Shown: one piece after another, positions 38,123 through 51,221 of the stretch
Layout of the letters: each line of letters opens with the position of its first letter
Numbering within the stretch: the first letter of the stretch is position 1
Assembly (NCBI GenBank): GCA_003134555.1
Contig: PLBO01000151.1
Location: 97,817-161,816 of the forward strand
DNA: 64,000 nt
DNA from: Actinomycetota bacterium
GTDB lineage: Bacteria > Actinomycetota > Acidimicrobiia > IMCC26256 > PALSA-610
Direction of reading: 5' to 3'
Notes under the pieces: generated by a model
Database searches by the model: none
Told to the model about the DNA's origin: nothing
The model's input: the letters and a program-made list of their open reading frames with translations, nothing else
Translations under genes and position numbers: made by a program

Positions 38123-38973
38123 AGCTCGACGCGGCGACCTTCCTCTTGCAGTGGGCGACGGGCGGGCTGTTGTTCGGCTGGGTGACGACGCGCCGCCGCG
38201 AGGTCAGTCTGGGCTACGGCTGGCTGATCCGCATCGTCTTCGCGACGTTCGCCGCGGGTGCAGGTGCCGTGTTTCTCACTGGTGATCTCACCGCCGCGCG
38301 CGCGATCGCGGCGGTGTCCGCGCTCGCGTGCGCCGCGGCAACGGGCGGCGCAACCGTTGTGTCGGTACAGCGTCGCCGCGCCGGGGTACGCGGGCGCGAA
38401 GAAGTGCGCGCGGCCCGGCGCGCCCGCGTCTCGGCGATGATCGGCCGCGCCGGCGAGGAGAACCTCGATCGCGGCCCCGAATTCCCCCCGGCTCTCGATC
38501 TGATCGCGCCCGTCGTCGGTTTCGTCGGCCTGCTCGCGGCTGCCCAGTTCGCGGGCGGGCCTTATCTGCTCGCCGTTGCGCGGCTGATGGTCGGCGCGGT
38601 GTTCCTCGGGAGCGTGAGCGACGCGATGCTGCTCGGGCACTGGTATCTCGTGCAGCCCGGACTCCCGCGCGAACCGCTGAAGGAACTGGTCGTGTGGACC
38701 GCGGTCGCCTGGCCGTTCGAGATCGCGGTGTTCTTGTGGCCGACCGGAATGGTGCAGGTGCTCGACGGCGTCATCGACGACGGCTACCACGGCGTGCTCG
38801 GTTGGATCTGGATCGCGTCCGCAGCCATGACGATCGGACTCGTCGGCCTCACCTGGGCCGCGTTGCGCGAGCGCTATTACTCGGCCGTCATGGCCGCGAC
38901 CGGGCTGCTCTACCTCGCGATCCTCACGGCCTTCGGAACGGACCTCGTCGCGAGGGCCGTCATACGTCCCTAG
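38119..38973 (+). CDS. Hypothetical multi-pass membrane protein (GHWYL motif)
   Basis: GTGA overlap, about 8 TM segments, DAMLLGHWYL, ATGLLY. Confidence 0.75.
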   Translation: MKLDAATFLLQWATGGLLFGWVTTRRREVSLGYGWLIRIVFATFAAGAGAVFLTGDLTAARAIAAVSALACAAATGGATVVSVQRRRAGVRGREEVRAARRARVSAMIGRAGEENLDRGPEFPPALDLIAPVVGFVGLLAAAQFAGGPYLLAVARLMVGAVFLGSVSDAMLLGHWYLVQPGLPREPLKELVVWTAVAWPFEIAVFLWPTGMVQVLDGVIDDGYHGVLGWIWIASAAMTIGLVGLTWAALRERYYSAVMAATGLLYLAILTAFGTDLVARAVIRP

Positions 38974-41900
38974 ACCACGAAATATTTCGCCTCTGGATGG
39001 GGGACGATGATCGCGCTGGTCGACTGCTCGGGTACGAGGTGGAACTCTTCGGTGAGGGCGACGCCGATGCGGTCGATCTCCAGGAGCTCCGCGACTTTCG
39101 TCTGGTCGTCGAGGTCGGGGCACGCGGGGTAGCCCCATGAGTAGCGCGACCCTCGGTACTGCTGCTTGAACAGACCGGTGAGAGTGGGACCGTCCTCGTC
39201 GGCGAAGCCCCACTCCTCGCGGATCCGGCGGTGCCACAACTCCGCCAACGCTTCGGTCATCTCGACCGACAGACCGTGCAACAGCAGATAGTCCTGGTAC
39301 TTGTCCTCCGCGAACAATTCCTTCTCGCGGGCGCTCGCGGCCGTTCCCATCGTGACGACGTGGAAGGCCGCGTAGTCGGTCTCGCCGGACTCGATCGGGC
39401 GGAAGAAGTCGGCGATCGAGAGCCACGGCGCTTTGCGCTGGCGCGGATAGTGGAAGCGCAGCCATTCCTGGGTACGGGTGTCGTCCTTCCACACCACCAG
39501 GTTCTCGCCGTCGCTGTTCACCGCGAAGTAGCCCCACGCGGCCGCGGGTACGAGCAGGCCCTGTTGCTTCGCGATATCGAGTTGGGCGCGCAGGGTCGGA
39601 CGGATGCGCGTTTTGAAGTCGGGGTCGGGCTCGCCCGACTCCGGACGGAACTGCCACTGGTTGCGGAACAGCGCGGTCTCGTTGACGTAGCCGACGATCT
39701 CGTCGAGCGAGATGCCCTTGGCGACCCGGGAACCGACGAACGGCGGCGTGAAAATGGGAACGTCGGTTGCCACGTCGGAGCGTTCCGGGATCTCGATCGT
39801 CTCGTCGATCGGCTGCTGCGACTTCCGGGGCGGCAGGTTGCGTCCACCCGGCTCGCGTCCGAACTTCTCGTCGAGCGTTCCGTCGCGCCGGCCCTTGACG
39901 AGGGCATCCATCGTGCGGAGGCCTTCGAACGCGTCCTTGCCGTAGAAGACGCGGCCGTCGTAGACCTCACGCAGGTCGCGCTCGACGTAGGTACGGGTCA
40001 GGGCCGCGCCGCCGAGCAACACCGGAACGCGGTCGGCCAGCCCGCGCGTGTTCAACTCTTCGAGGTTGTCGCGCATGATCAACGTCGATTTCACGAGGAG
40101 GCCGCTCATGCCGATCGCGTCGGCGTCGACTTCGAGCGCCTTCTCGATCATCTCGTTGATCGCGATCTTGATGCCGAGGTTGTAGACGAGGTACCCGTTG
40201 TTGGTGAGGATGATGTCGACGAGGTTCTTGCCGATGTCGTGGACGTCGCCCTTCACGGTCGCGAGCACGACGGTGCCCTTGCCGGCGGCGTCGGCCTTCT
40301 CCATCATCGGCTCGAGGTAGGCGACCGCGGCCTTCATGGTCTCGGCCGACTGGAGCACGAAGGGCAACTGCATCTGCCCACTGCCAAACAGCTCGCCGAC
40401 GACCTTCATGCCGTCGAGGAGCACGTCGTTCACGATCTCGAGCGGGGTCATCGTCGCGAGTTGCTCTTCGAGGTCGGTTTCCAGCCCGTCGCGCTGGCCG
40501 TCGATGATGCGGTGCTTCAAGCGCTCGGCCACCGGCCAACCCGAGCGGTCTTCCTTCTCGATCGCGCCCGCCTCGACGTTCTCGAACAGCGCCATGAACT
40601 CGGTGAGGGGGTCGTAGTTCTCGCGCCGCCGGTCGTAGATGAGATCGAGCGCCGCCGTTCGCTGCTGCTCGTCGATCCGGTGCAACGGCATGATGCGCGC
40701 CGCGTGCACGATCGCGGCGTCGAGCCCGGCCTCGCGGCACTCGTGCAGGAAGACGCTGTTCAACACGTGGCGGGCGGCGGGCTTCAACCCGAACGACACG
40801 TTCGACAACCCGAGCACGGTGTGCGCGCCGGGAAGCTCGACTTTGATGCGCCGGATGGCTTCGATCGTCTCCATCGCGTCGCGGCGGAGGTCGTCGTCGC
40901 CGGTCGAGAGCGGGAACGTGAGCGCGTCGAAGATCAGGTCGGTCGGTTCCATGCCGTAGCGCTCGATGGCGATGTCGTAGATGCGGCGCGCGACCCGCAG
41001 CTTCCAGTCGGCCGTGCGCGCCTGCCCCTCCTCGTCGATCGTCAGGCAGATGACGGCGGCGCCGTATTCGCGCGCGAGCCGGAAAACCCGATCCATGCGT
41101 TTGCCCTCGTCCTCGCCTTCCTCGAGGTTGGCGGAGTTGAGCAGCGCCTTGCCGCCGTGGTGTTGCAGGCCGGCCTCGAGCACCGGGGGCTCCGTCGAGT
41201 CGAACACGAGCGGCAGCGACGCCTGGGTCGCGAACCGACCGGCGATCTCGTCCATGTCGATCGCGCCGTCGCGACCGACGTAGTCGACGCATACGTCGAG
41301 CACGTGCGCGCCTTCCTTCACCTGCTCGCGCGCCATCTGGACGCAAGAGTCCCAATCGGCTTCGAGCATCGCGTCGCGGAACTTCCTCGAACCGTTCGCG
41401 TTCGTGCGCTCACCGATCGCCAGGTATGCGAGCTCCTGCTCGAACGGCACGTGCGAGTAGATCGACGAGCAACCGGGCTCGAACTCGGGGGTGCGCAGCA
41501 CGGGCGCGCGGCCGTCGAGCCGCTCGACGACCGCTCGCAGGTGCTCCGGCGTGGTGCCGCAGCAACCGCCGACGACGTTGAGCCCGAACTCGGACGCGAA
41601 CCGGTCGTGTGCTTCGGCGAGCGCGGCCGGGGTCAGGTCGTAGTGAGTGTGACCGTCGACGACCGACGGCAGTCCCGCGTTCGGCAGCGCCGACAGGAAC
41701 GTCCGCGCGTGCTGCGCGAGGTAGCGGAGGTGCTCGGTCATCTCGGCGGGGCCGGTCGCGCAGTTCATGCCGATGATGTCGGGTCGCATCGCTTCGAGCG
41801 CGGTGAGCGCGGCGCCGATCTCGGTGCCGACGAGCATGCGTCCCGTCGTCTCGACCGTGACCTGCACCATGATCGGGATCGGCGACGACAGCCCCGCGCG

Positions 41901-42482
41901 CCGCATCGCCGCGCGCGCACCGTTGATCGCCGCCTTTGCCTGGAGAAGGTCGTAGACGGTCTCGACGAGCAGCACGTCGACGCCGCCGGCGATCAGCCCG
42001 TCGACCTGGAGCGCGAAGTCGTCACGCAGCGTCTCGTAGCGAATCTGACCCAGCGACGGAAGCCGCGTACCCGGTCCGATCGAGCCGATCACGAAGCGGG
42101 GCCGGCCGTCGGCGGCGTGGCCGGCGGCAACTTCGCGGGCGATCTCGGCGGCGCGCTTGTTCATCTCGAACGTGTGGTCGGCGAGTCCGTACTCGTTGAG
42201 GACGAGCGGGAATGCGCCGAAAGTGGCGGTCTCGACGCCGTCGACACCGATCGAGAAGAACTCGTCGTGCATCCGGGCGACGAGATCGGGCCGGGTCAGG
42301 ACGAGCTGCTCGTTGCAGCCCTCCAGCGCCTCGCCGCCGAAATCGTCCGGCCCGAGGTCCTCGCCCTGCATCCACGTGCCGAACGCCCCGTCGAGGACGA
42401 GCACGCGCTCGTGGAGCGCGTCGAGGAACGGGTGCACGGCGCCGCTGCCGATCGGCGACGCGATTCCTCTGGGATCGGGCAT
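38970..42482 (-). CDS. metH: B12-dependent methionine synthase
   Basis: MNCATG and GGCCG Zn ligands, IGERTNANGS pterin domain, DVHDIGKN B12 motif, RYSWGYPACP. Confidence 0.97.
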   Translation of the reverse strand: MPDPRGIASPIGSGAVHPFLDALHERVLVLDGAFGTWMQGEDLGPDDFGGEALEGCNEQLVLTRPDLVARMHDEFFSIGVDGVETATFGAFPLVLNEYGLADHTFEMNKRAAEIAREVAAGHAADGRPRFVIGSIGPGTRLPSLGQIRYETLRDDFALQVDGLIAGGVDVLLVETVYDLLQAKAAINGARAAMRRAGLSSPIPIMVQVTVETTGRMLVGTEIGAALTALEAMRPDIIGMNCATGPAEMTEHLRYLAQHARTFLSALPNAGLPSVVDGHTHYDLTPAALAEAHDRFASEFGLNVVGGCCGTTPEHLRAVVERLDGRAPVLRTPEFEPGCSSIYSHVPFEQELAYLAIGERTNANGSRKFRDAMLEADWDSCVQMAREQVKEGAHVLDVCVDYVGRDGAIDMDEIAGRFATQASLPLVFDSTEPPVLEAGLQHHGGKALLNSANLEEGEDEGKRMDRVFRLAREYGAAVICLTIDEEGQARTADWKLRVARRIYDIAIERYGMEPTDLIFDALTFPLSTGDDDLRRDAMETIEAIRRIKVELPGAHTVLGLSNVSFGLKPAARHVLNSVFLHECREAGLDAAIVHAARIMPLHRIDEQQRTAALDLIYDRRRENYDPLTEFMALFENVEAGAIEKEDRSGWPVAERLKHRIIDGQRDGLETDLEEQLATMTPLEIVNDVLLDGMKVVGELFGSGQMQLPFVLQSAETMKAAVAYLEPMMEKADAAGKGTVVLATVKGDVHDIGKNLVDIILTNNGYLVYNLGIKIAINEMIEKALEVDADAIGMSGLLVKSTLIMRDNLEELNTRGLADRVPVLLGGAALTRTYVERDLREVYDGRVFYGKDAFEGLRTMDALVKGRRDGTLDEKFGREPGGRNLPPRKSQQPIDETIEIPERSDVATDVPIFTPPFVGSRVAKGISLDEIVGYVNETALFRNQWQFRPESGEPDPDFKTRIRPTLRAQLDIAKQQGLLVPAAAWGYFAVNSDGENLVVWKDDTRTQEWLRFHYPRQRKAPWLSIADFFRPIESGETDYAAFHVVTMGTAASAREKELFAEDKYQDYLLLHGLSVEMTEALAELWHRRIREEWGFADEDGPTLTGLFKQQYRGSRYSWGYPACPDLDDQTKVAELLEIDRIGVALTEEFHLVPEQSTSAIIVPHPEAKYFVV

Positions 42483-42559
42483 CGCTCCAGGTTACGTGGC
42501 GATTGCGCGGGCTCTCTACCCGTTTCGGCGGGGGCAGGGTCGTAGGCTGCCCCCTCGAC

Positions 42560-43111
42560 ATGAAGGTCTATACGCGCACCGGCGACGATGGCACGACGGG
42601 TCTCCTGTACGGAGGTCGGGTCGGCAAGGACGAGGTCGGGCCCGAGGCTTACGGAGCCGTCGACGAAGCCGTGAGCGCGTTGGGATTGGCCCGGGCCGAG
42701 ATCGACCCCGATTCGGAGTTCCACGAGATGCTCGTGCAGCTACAGCGCGAGCTGTTCGTCGTCGGCGCCGAGCTCGCGACCGCGCCGGAGAATCGCGGGA
42801 AGCTACAGCCCGAGGTGTCACTCGTAACGGCCGACATGGTGACGCGGTTGGAGCCGATCATCGACGATGTCGCCGGGCGTTTCGAACCGCCGCGGGAATT
42901 CGTGCTGCCCGGCCAGAACTCGGTTGCCGCCGCGCTCGACTTCGCCCGGACTGTGATCAGGCGCGCCGAGCGCGTCACGGTCGCGGCGACGCGCGTCGGC
43001 TGGCTCGGCGCCGAGAGTCAGGTCGTTCCGTATCTCAATCGCCTCGCCGACCTCGTCTACACGCTCTCGCGTTGGCAAGAAGGCGACTTCCGGCCCTCGC
43101 GCAAGCGGTAA
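42560..43111 (+). CDS. pduO: ATP:cob(I)alamin adenosyltransferase (PduO type)
   Basis: KVYTRTGDDGTTGL, YGAVDE, RRAER, YLNRLAD. Confidence 0.93.
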   Translation: MKVYTRTGDDGTTGLLYGGRVGKDEVGPEAYGAVDEAVSALGLARAEIDPDSEFHEMLVQLQRELFVVGAELATAPENRGKLQPEVSLVTADMVTRLEPIIDDVAGRFEPPREFVLPGQNSVAAALDFARTVIRRAERVTVAATRVGWLGAESQVVPYLNRLADLVYTLSRWQEGDFRPSRKR

Positions 43112-43121
43112 GGAATCCCTC

Positions 43122-44606
43122 ATGGCACCTACCTTCGAGCTCGTTACACGCGCGCCTGACGCCGACCTGTTCGTCGTACCAGTGTTCTCCGGCGCGCGGC
43201 TCGGTCCGGGCGCGCAGCTCGTCGACGATGCGATCGGCGGAACGCTCGGCGAGTTCATGCAGGAGACCGACTTCGACGGCACGCGCGGTGAGGTCCTCGC
43301 GGTTCCGACCGGCGGCCAGTTGGGTGCGCGCGCCGCGCTCCTCCTCGGGGTGGGCGACGAGGAGACGTTCGACGCGGCCGCTCTCCGCCGGGCCGGGGCC
43401 GTGCTCGCCCGGCGCACGTCGAGGGTCGCCTCGGTCGCGACCACGTTGCTCGATGCGGTCGGTCCCGATGTCGATCGTGGCGTGGCCGCGCAGGCACTGG
43501 CCGAGGGCGTGTGTCTCGGCCGCTACCAGTTCCTGCGCTACAAGTCGGAGGCCAAGGCGTCGCGCCTCGAGCACGTGTTCGTCATCTCCCGCGCCGGCGC
43601 GAAGGCGCGAGCCGGCCTCGCGCGGGGCGCGCGGATCGCGGAAGCGGTCGCGTGGGCCCGAGACCTGGTCAACGAACCGGCCGCGGCGAAGTCGCCCGCG
43701 GAGGTCGTCGATCTCGCGAAGGTCGTGGCGCGCGCGTCCGGCCTCAAGACGAAGGTCTTCGCGGGCGAGCAACTCGAGCGCGAGCGGATGGGCGGGGTGC
43801 TCGGGGTCGGAAAGGGTTCGGAGCGACCGCCGCGGTTCCTGCGCCTCGAGTACTCGCCGCGGAGCCCGCGCGGAACGCTCGCGCTCGTCGGCAAGGGCGT
43901 CGTGTTCGACTCGGGCGGGCTTTCGCTCAAGACCGCGGGCGGCATGGAGGCGATGAAGACCGACATGTCGGGTGCGGCCGCCGTGATCGCGGCGATGTCG
44001 ACGCTGCGCGATCTCGGCGTGAAGGCGCGGGTGATCGGCTACGTGCCACTCGTCGAGAACATGCCGAGTGGCGCGGCGATGCGACCCGGCGACGTGCTCA
44101 CGATGCGCAACGGGAAAACGGTCGAGGTACTCAACACCGACGCCGAGGGCCGGCTGATCCTCGCCGACGCGCTGTCGCTCGCGAGCGAGGAGGGCGCCGA
44201 CGCGATCATCGACCTCGCGACCCTCACAGGCGCGGTGACCGTCGCGCTCGGCGACAAGGTTGCGGGCCTCATGGGCAGCCACGACGGGTGGGTCGCGCAA
44301 GTGAGCGAGGCAGCCGTTCGGTCGGGCGAGCGCGTGTGGCATCTCCCGCTGCCCGACGACTACCGCCGCAATCTCGACTCCGACGTCGCCGACCTTCGCA
44401 ACGTCTCCTCGGGGGGTGGCGCCGGCACGCTGACCGCGGGATTGTTCTTGAAGGAGTTCACCGGTGAAGCACCGTGGGCCCACCTCGACATCGCCGGCAC
44501 CGCCCGGTCGTCGTCCGACGACGCGGAGACGTCCAAAGGCGGCACCGGTTACGGCGTGAGGTTGCTGGTCGACCTCGCCTCGACGTTCCGCAAACCTTCT
44601 CGGTGA
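43122..44606 (+). CDS. pepA: Leucyl aminopeptidase (M17)
   Basis: VGKGVVFDSGG, MKTDMSG, NTDAEGRL, DLATLTGA, HLDIAG. Confidence 0.95.
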   Translation: MAPTFELVTRAPDADLFVVPVFSGARLGPGAQLVDDAIGGTLGEFMQETDFDGTRGEVLAVPTGGQLGARAALLLGVGDEETFDAAALRRAGAVLARRTSRVASVATTLLDAVGPDVDRGVAAQALAEGVCLGRYQFLRYKSEAKASRLEHVFVISRAGAKARAGLARGARIAEAVAWARDLVNEPAAAKSPAEVVDLAKVVARASGLKTKVFAGEQLERERMGGVLGVGKGSERPPRFLRLEYSPRSPRGTLALVGKGVVFDSGGLSLKTAGGMEAMKTDMSGAAAVIAAMSTLRDLGVKARVIGYVPLVENMPSGAAMRPGDVLTMRNGKTVEVLNTDAEGRLILADALSLASEEGADAIIDLATLTGAVTVALGDKVAGLMGSHDGWVAQVSEAAVRSGERVWHLPLPDDYRRNLDSDVADLRNVSSGGGAGTLTAGLFLKEFTGEAPWAHLDIAGTARSSSDDAETSKGGTGYGVRLLVDLASTFRKPSR

Positions 44607-45004
44607 AGCGGTCGGTCGCGGTCGTCGCGCTCGTGGCGTGCGCGCTCGCCGGCGCCGCCTCGTGCGGGTCGTCGAGGCCGAAGGTCACACCGGCTCCGCC
44701 CCCGACCGACCTGCGCGGTCACAAGCAGGTCGCGATCGATGCCGTGCTCGATCAGTTCACGCCGGCCGCCGTCATCGTCGACGTCGGGACGAAGGTGACG
44801 TGGACCAACAAGGATGCGATCGCGCACAACGTGGAGAAGTCGGCGGACGCCCTCGACTTCGGCGCGAAGTTCGGGGCCGACGCGAGCAGGTTCGGCCCGG
44901 CACAGACGTACTCGTTCACTTTCGCCAAGGCCGGCACGTTCTTCTACACGTGCACGATCCATACCTTGATGTCCGGCAAGGTCGAGGTCGTCGCGAAGGC
45001 CTAA
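44603..45004 (+). CDS. Cupredoxin (plastocyanin/amicyanin-like) lipoprotein
   Basis: Signal peptide with AASC lipobox-like site, WTN..AHNV, YTCTIHTLMSG type-1 Cu ligands. Confidence 0.85.
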   Translation: MKRSVAVVALVACALAGAASCGSSRPKVTPAPPPTDLRGHKQVAIDAVLDQFTPAAVIVDVGTKVTWTNKDAIAHNVEKSADALDFGAKFGADASRFGPAQTYSFTFAKAGTFFYTCTIHTLMSGKVEVVAKA

Positions 45005-45007
45005 CGG

Positions 45008-46189
<1,182 letters not shown>

Positions 46190-46242
46190 CACAACTCCCC
46201 AATGACAGCCCCGGAAGGACACTCCCGACGGCTCTGAGGGCT

Positions 46243-46268
46243 AAATCCTACCGCGGCGGTCGGATATT
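46243..46268. promoter_or_regulatory. Palindromic operator overlapping the putative -10 of moeB
   Basis: ATCCTACC-GCGGC-GGTCGGAT inverted repeat (7/8 match). The minus-strand TAGGAT -10 lies within it. Confidence 0.5.
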
Positions 46269-46276
46269 CCCAACGG

Positions 46277-47035
46277 TCACACCAGCGCGACCAGGGCCGG
46301 GAGGGCCTCGCCGAGCCGGTCCCGCACGACGACGTCGGCGAGCGGATCGAACGGTGTCTCCTCGGCATTGAGGATCACGAGTCGAGCCCCGTTGCGCAGC
46401 GCGATCTCGGGCAGGCCCGCCGCGGGATACACGGCGAGCGAGGTGCCGATCGCCAGGAACACGTCGGCGCGCCCGGCCGCGACCTGCGAACGCTGCAGGT
46501 CGGCCGCGACGAGGTTCTCGCCGAAGCTGATCGTCGCCGACTTGAGGATGCCACCGCAGTGCGTGCAGCGCGGGTCGTCCTCGCCGGCGCGGACGCGTTC
46601 GAGCGTCTCGTGCATCGGCCCCCGCCAGTCGCACGACATGCACTTGGCGTCGCGCACGTTGCCGTGGATCTCGATCACGATTTCCTGCGACTGTCCGGCC
46701 GCGTGGTGCAACCCGTCGACGTTCTGGGTCACGAGGGCGTGCAGCTTGTCCTTGTGTTCGAGCGCGACGAGCGCGTGGTGCGCAGCATTGGGCGCGGCCG
46801 TCCACATCTCGCTGTTGACACGGTTCTGCCAGGCCTGGCGGCGGACCGCCGGATCCGACATGTAGTACTGCAGCGTCGCGGTCTTCTCCGCCGCGGGGTT
46901 CTTCGTCCAGATGCCCTGCGGCCCGCGGAAATCGGGGATACCCGACTCGGTGGAGATGCCGGCGCCGGTCAGGACCGTCACGTGGCGCGCGTTGTGCAGC
47001 CAAGTGGCGACCTTGTCGAGCTCGGCCCCGGGCAT
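46277..47035 (-). CDS. cobB: Sir2-family NAD-dependent protein deacylase
   Basis: TGAGISTESGIPDFRG, TQNVDGLH, HG, CxxC..CxxC, GTS. Confidence 0.93.
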   Translation of the reverse strand: MPGAELDKVATWLHNARHVTVLTGAGISTESGIPDFRGPQGIWTKNPAAEKTATLQYYMSDPAVRRQAWQNRVNSEMWTAAPNAAHHALVALEHKDKLHALVTQNVDGLHHAAGQSQEIVIEIHGNVRDAKCMSCDWRGPMHETLERVRAGEDDPRCTHCGGILKSATISFGENLVAADLQRSQVAAGRADVFLAIGTSLAVYPAAGLPEIALRNGARLVILNAEETPFDPLADVVVRDRLGEALPALVALV

Positions 47036-47057
47036 AGGGGTTCGAGGATATTCGCAG

Positions 47058-47094
47058 CGGGGCGGGGCGCACCCCACGGCGGCGCCCCGCCCCG
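47058..47094. terminator. GC-rich hairpin after 47103-47711
   Basis: CGGGGCGGGGCGC / GCGCCCCGCCCCG perfect 13-bp stem. No clear U-tract. Confidence 0.5.
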
Positions 47095-47102
47095 GCGATG
47101 CG

Positions 47103-47711
47103 CTACCGGCGGGGGGCGGGTGCCGGCAACGACTCTTCGTTCGTGGCCAGTGCTTGTTCGCGCGCCCAGCGGACGGCTTCGTGCGCGAGCGCGGGATGGA
47201 ATCCGCCCGCGTGCAGAGCGCGCTCGACCGCGTCGATCGGTTCGTCCTGCGCGAGCAGGGTGAGCGCGAACCGGCGGGCCCGGCGCCGGGCGATGTCGAC
47301 CGGCTTCGTCGCTTGCTCTTCGATCCATTCCGCGTGTTGTGCCTGCAAGCCGGTCGGCAGGCGGCGTACGTGGCGCCGGTGCACGGGCGGCAACGTGCGG
47401 CGAACTGCGACGGTGGTGTCGCCGTCGGAGCAGGCGAGCTCGAACTGCTGGAGACGGGTGAGGCTGCGGATGAGCGGCGACTGCTGTCCCTCACGCGGCC
47501 CGAGCCCGAGGGCCGCCGCGGTGTCGGCCACCGGCAGGTCGACACCCTTGGGATTGCGGTCGAAGCGGTCGGCCAGGTGGCGCAGGAGCAGCAACGCGGT
47601 CGGCCCGAGCGTGGGAAGCCAGAACGTCTCGACGTACCAACTCCGCGGGTCGTGGCCGATCGCGTCGAGGACCGGGTCGGGCCAGGGCATTACCCGGATC
47701 GCACCGGTCAT
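47103..47711 (-). CDS. Hypothetical protein, possible winged-helix DNA-binding protein
   Basis: GGAGG RBS. YVETFWLPTLGPTA, then an HTH-like segment (TAAALGL..LIRSLTRLQQFEL). Confidence 0.75.
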   Translation of the reverse strand: MTGAIRVMPWPDPVLDAIGHDPRSWYVETFWLPTLGPTALLLLRHLADRFDRNPKGVDLPVADTAAALGLGPREGQQSPLIRSLTRLQQFELACSDGDTTVAVRRTLPPVHRRHVRRLPTGLQAQHAEWIEEQATKPVDIARRRARRFALTLLAQDEPIDAVERALHAGGFHPALAHEAVRWAREQALATNEESLPAPAPRR

Positions 47712-47868
47712 CGCATTCCTCCATGGGGTCAGAGATCACGTCAAGTTGTCTAAAGATGTCTAACACGGCTCACGTGAAGTGCGCAAGGGGTCCGAGTCGA
47801 TCCGCGGATTGCGCGACGCCTTCCGTCGCAGTGCGCGGGAAGGCGCTCGACGTGGGTACCGTCAGCAC

Positions 47869-48033
47869 ATGAAAAAGGAACGCGCCACGTACGTCGTGTG
47901 TGACCAGTGCCAGAGCTTGTTCAAGGCGGGCACGTTCAAGGACGGCACGACGCCGACCGCTTGTCCCCCGTGTCGCGTGGGCGTCGACCCCGCCGGGCAG
48001 ACGGTCACCATCGATACCGAGTCGCGCTTCTAG
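47869..48033 (+). CDS. Small zinc-ribbon protein (54 aa)
   Basis: CDQC..CPPC. TACCGT -10 lies 6 nt upstream of the ATG. Confidence 0.7.
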   Translation: MKKERATYVVCDQCQSLFKAGTFKDGTTPTACPPCRVGVDPAGQTVTIDTESRF

Positions 48034-48093
48034 CGGTATCGAACCGGGGCGCGACTTCTCGGCCTGGGTCATGTCCGTGGTTCACTAATCAAC

Positions 48094-50232
<2,139 letters not shown>

Positions 50233-50245
50233 TCACCTCGTTGCC

Positions 50246-51211
50246 GTGACCGCGCTCGCCGACGCGGTGCGCGCCGGCGACCGTCGCTCGCTCGCCCGGG
50301 CGATCACGCTCGTGGAATCGACCCGCGTCGATCACCGCGACGAGGCGGCCGCGCTCCTCGACGAGCTGCTGCCTTCGACCGGCGGCGCGACGCGGGTCGG
50401 GATCAGCGGCGCGCCCGGCGCGGGGAAGTCGACGTTCGTCGAAGCCCTCGGTCTGAATCTCGTCGACGCCGGTCACGAGGTCGCGGTGCTCGCGGTCGAC
50501 CCGTCGAGCACGCTCGGCGGCGGCTCGATCCTCGGGGACAAGACGCGCATGGAGCAGCTGTCGCGCGCGCCGCACGCGTTCATCCGACCGTCGCCGTCGG
50601 GAGGGACCCTCGGCGGTGTGGCGCGGCGTACGCGCGAGGCGATGCTCGTCTGCGAGGCCGCGGGTTTCGACGTCGTGCTCGTCGAGACCGTGGGCGTCGG
50701 GCAATCGGAGGTTGCGGTCGCGGGCATAGTCGACGTCTTCTTGTTGCTGCTCGCGCCGGGCGCGGGCGACGAGCTCCAGGGCGTCAAGCGCGGGATCGTC
50801 GAGCTCGCCGATCTCGTGGTAGTCAACAAGGCCGATGGCGCCCTGGCCGATCTCGCCCGCCATACCGCGAGCGATTACGGGCACGCCCTCCATCTGCTGC
50901 GTCCGCACACCGAAGGTTGGTCGGCGCGCGTCCTGACGTGCTCCGCGCTTCAAGGCGTTGGTATCGACGAAGTGTGGACCGTCGTCGAGGAGTTCATGGC
51001 CGCGGCCCGTGCATCGGGCGGCCTTTCTCGCCGGCGCGGAGAGCAGGCACGGGAATGGATGTGGTCCGAGGTCAGCGAGACGGTGCTCGAGCGATTGCGG
51101 TCTGATGCGCGGGTGCGCGCCGATCTCGACACCCTCGAGGCCGACGTCGTCGCGGGCCGTACGTCGCCGACCGCGGCGGCGCGCCTCCTGCTCGACCGTT
51201 TCTCCGCGTGA
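50246..51211 (+). CDS. meaB: Methylmalonyl-CoA mutase-associated GTPase
   Basis: GAPGAGKST, DPSS..GGSILGDKTRM, ETVGVGQSE, NKAD. Confidence 0.95.
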   Translation: MTALADAVRAGDRRSLARAITLVESTRVDHRDEAAALLDELLPSTGGATRVGISGAPGAGKSTFVEALGLNLVDAGHEVAVLAVDPSSTLGGGSILGDKTRMEQLSRAPHAFIRPSPSGGTLGGVARRTREAMLVCEAAGFDVVLVETVGVGQSEVAVAGIVDVFLLLLAPGAGDELQGVKRGIVELADLVVVNKADGALADLARHTASDYGHALHLLRPHTEGWSARVLTCSALQGVGIDEVWTVVEEFMAAARASGGLSRRRGEQAREWMWSEVSETVLERLRSDARVRADLDTLEADVVAGRTSPTAAARLLLDRFSA

Positions 51212-51221
51212 CCGGCAGCGA

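Noticed and set aside
39231-42545. Long antisense ORFs (also 56-1504, 20586-22904, 48085-50181 and others)
   Set aside because: These are stop-poor shadow frames opposite well-supported genes, as expected at ~70% GC.
42483-42559. Cobalamin or SAM riboswitch upstream of metH
   Set aside because: Only 77 bp between divergent genes, with no B12-box or SAM motif seen.
46277-47035. Sir2 as an anti-phage (Thoeris/DSR) effector
   Set aside because: It is a canonical Zn-binding CobB-type sirtuin with no defence partners nearby.
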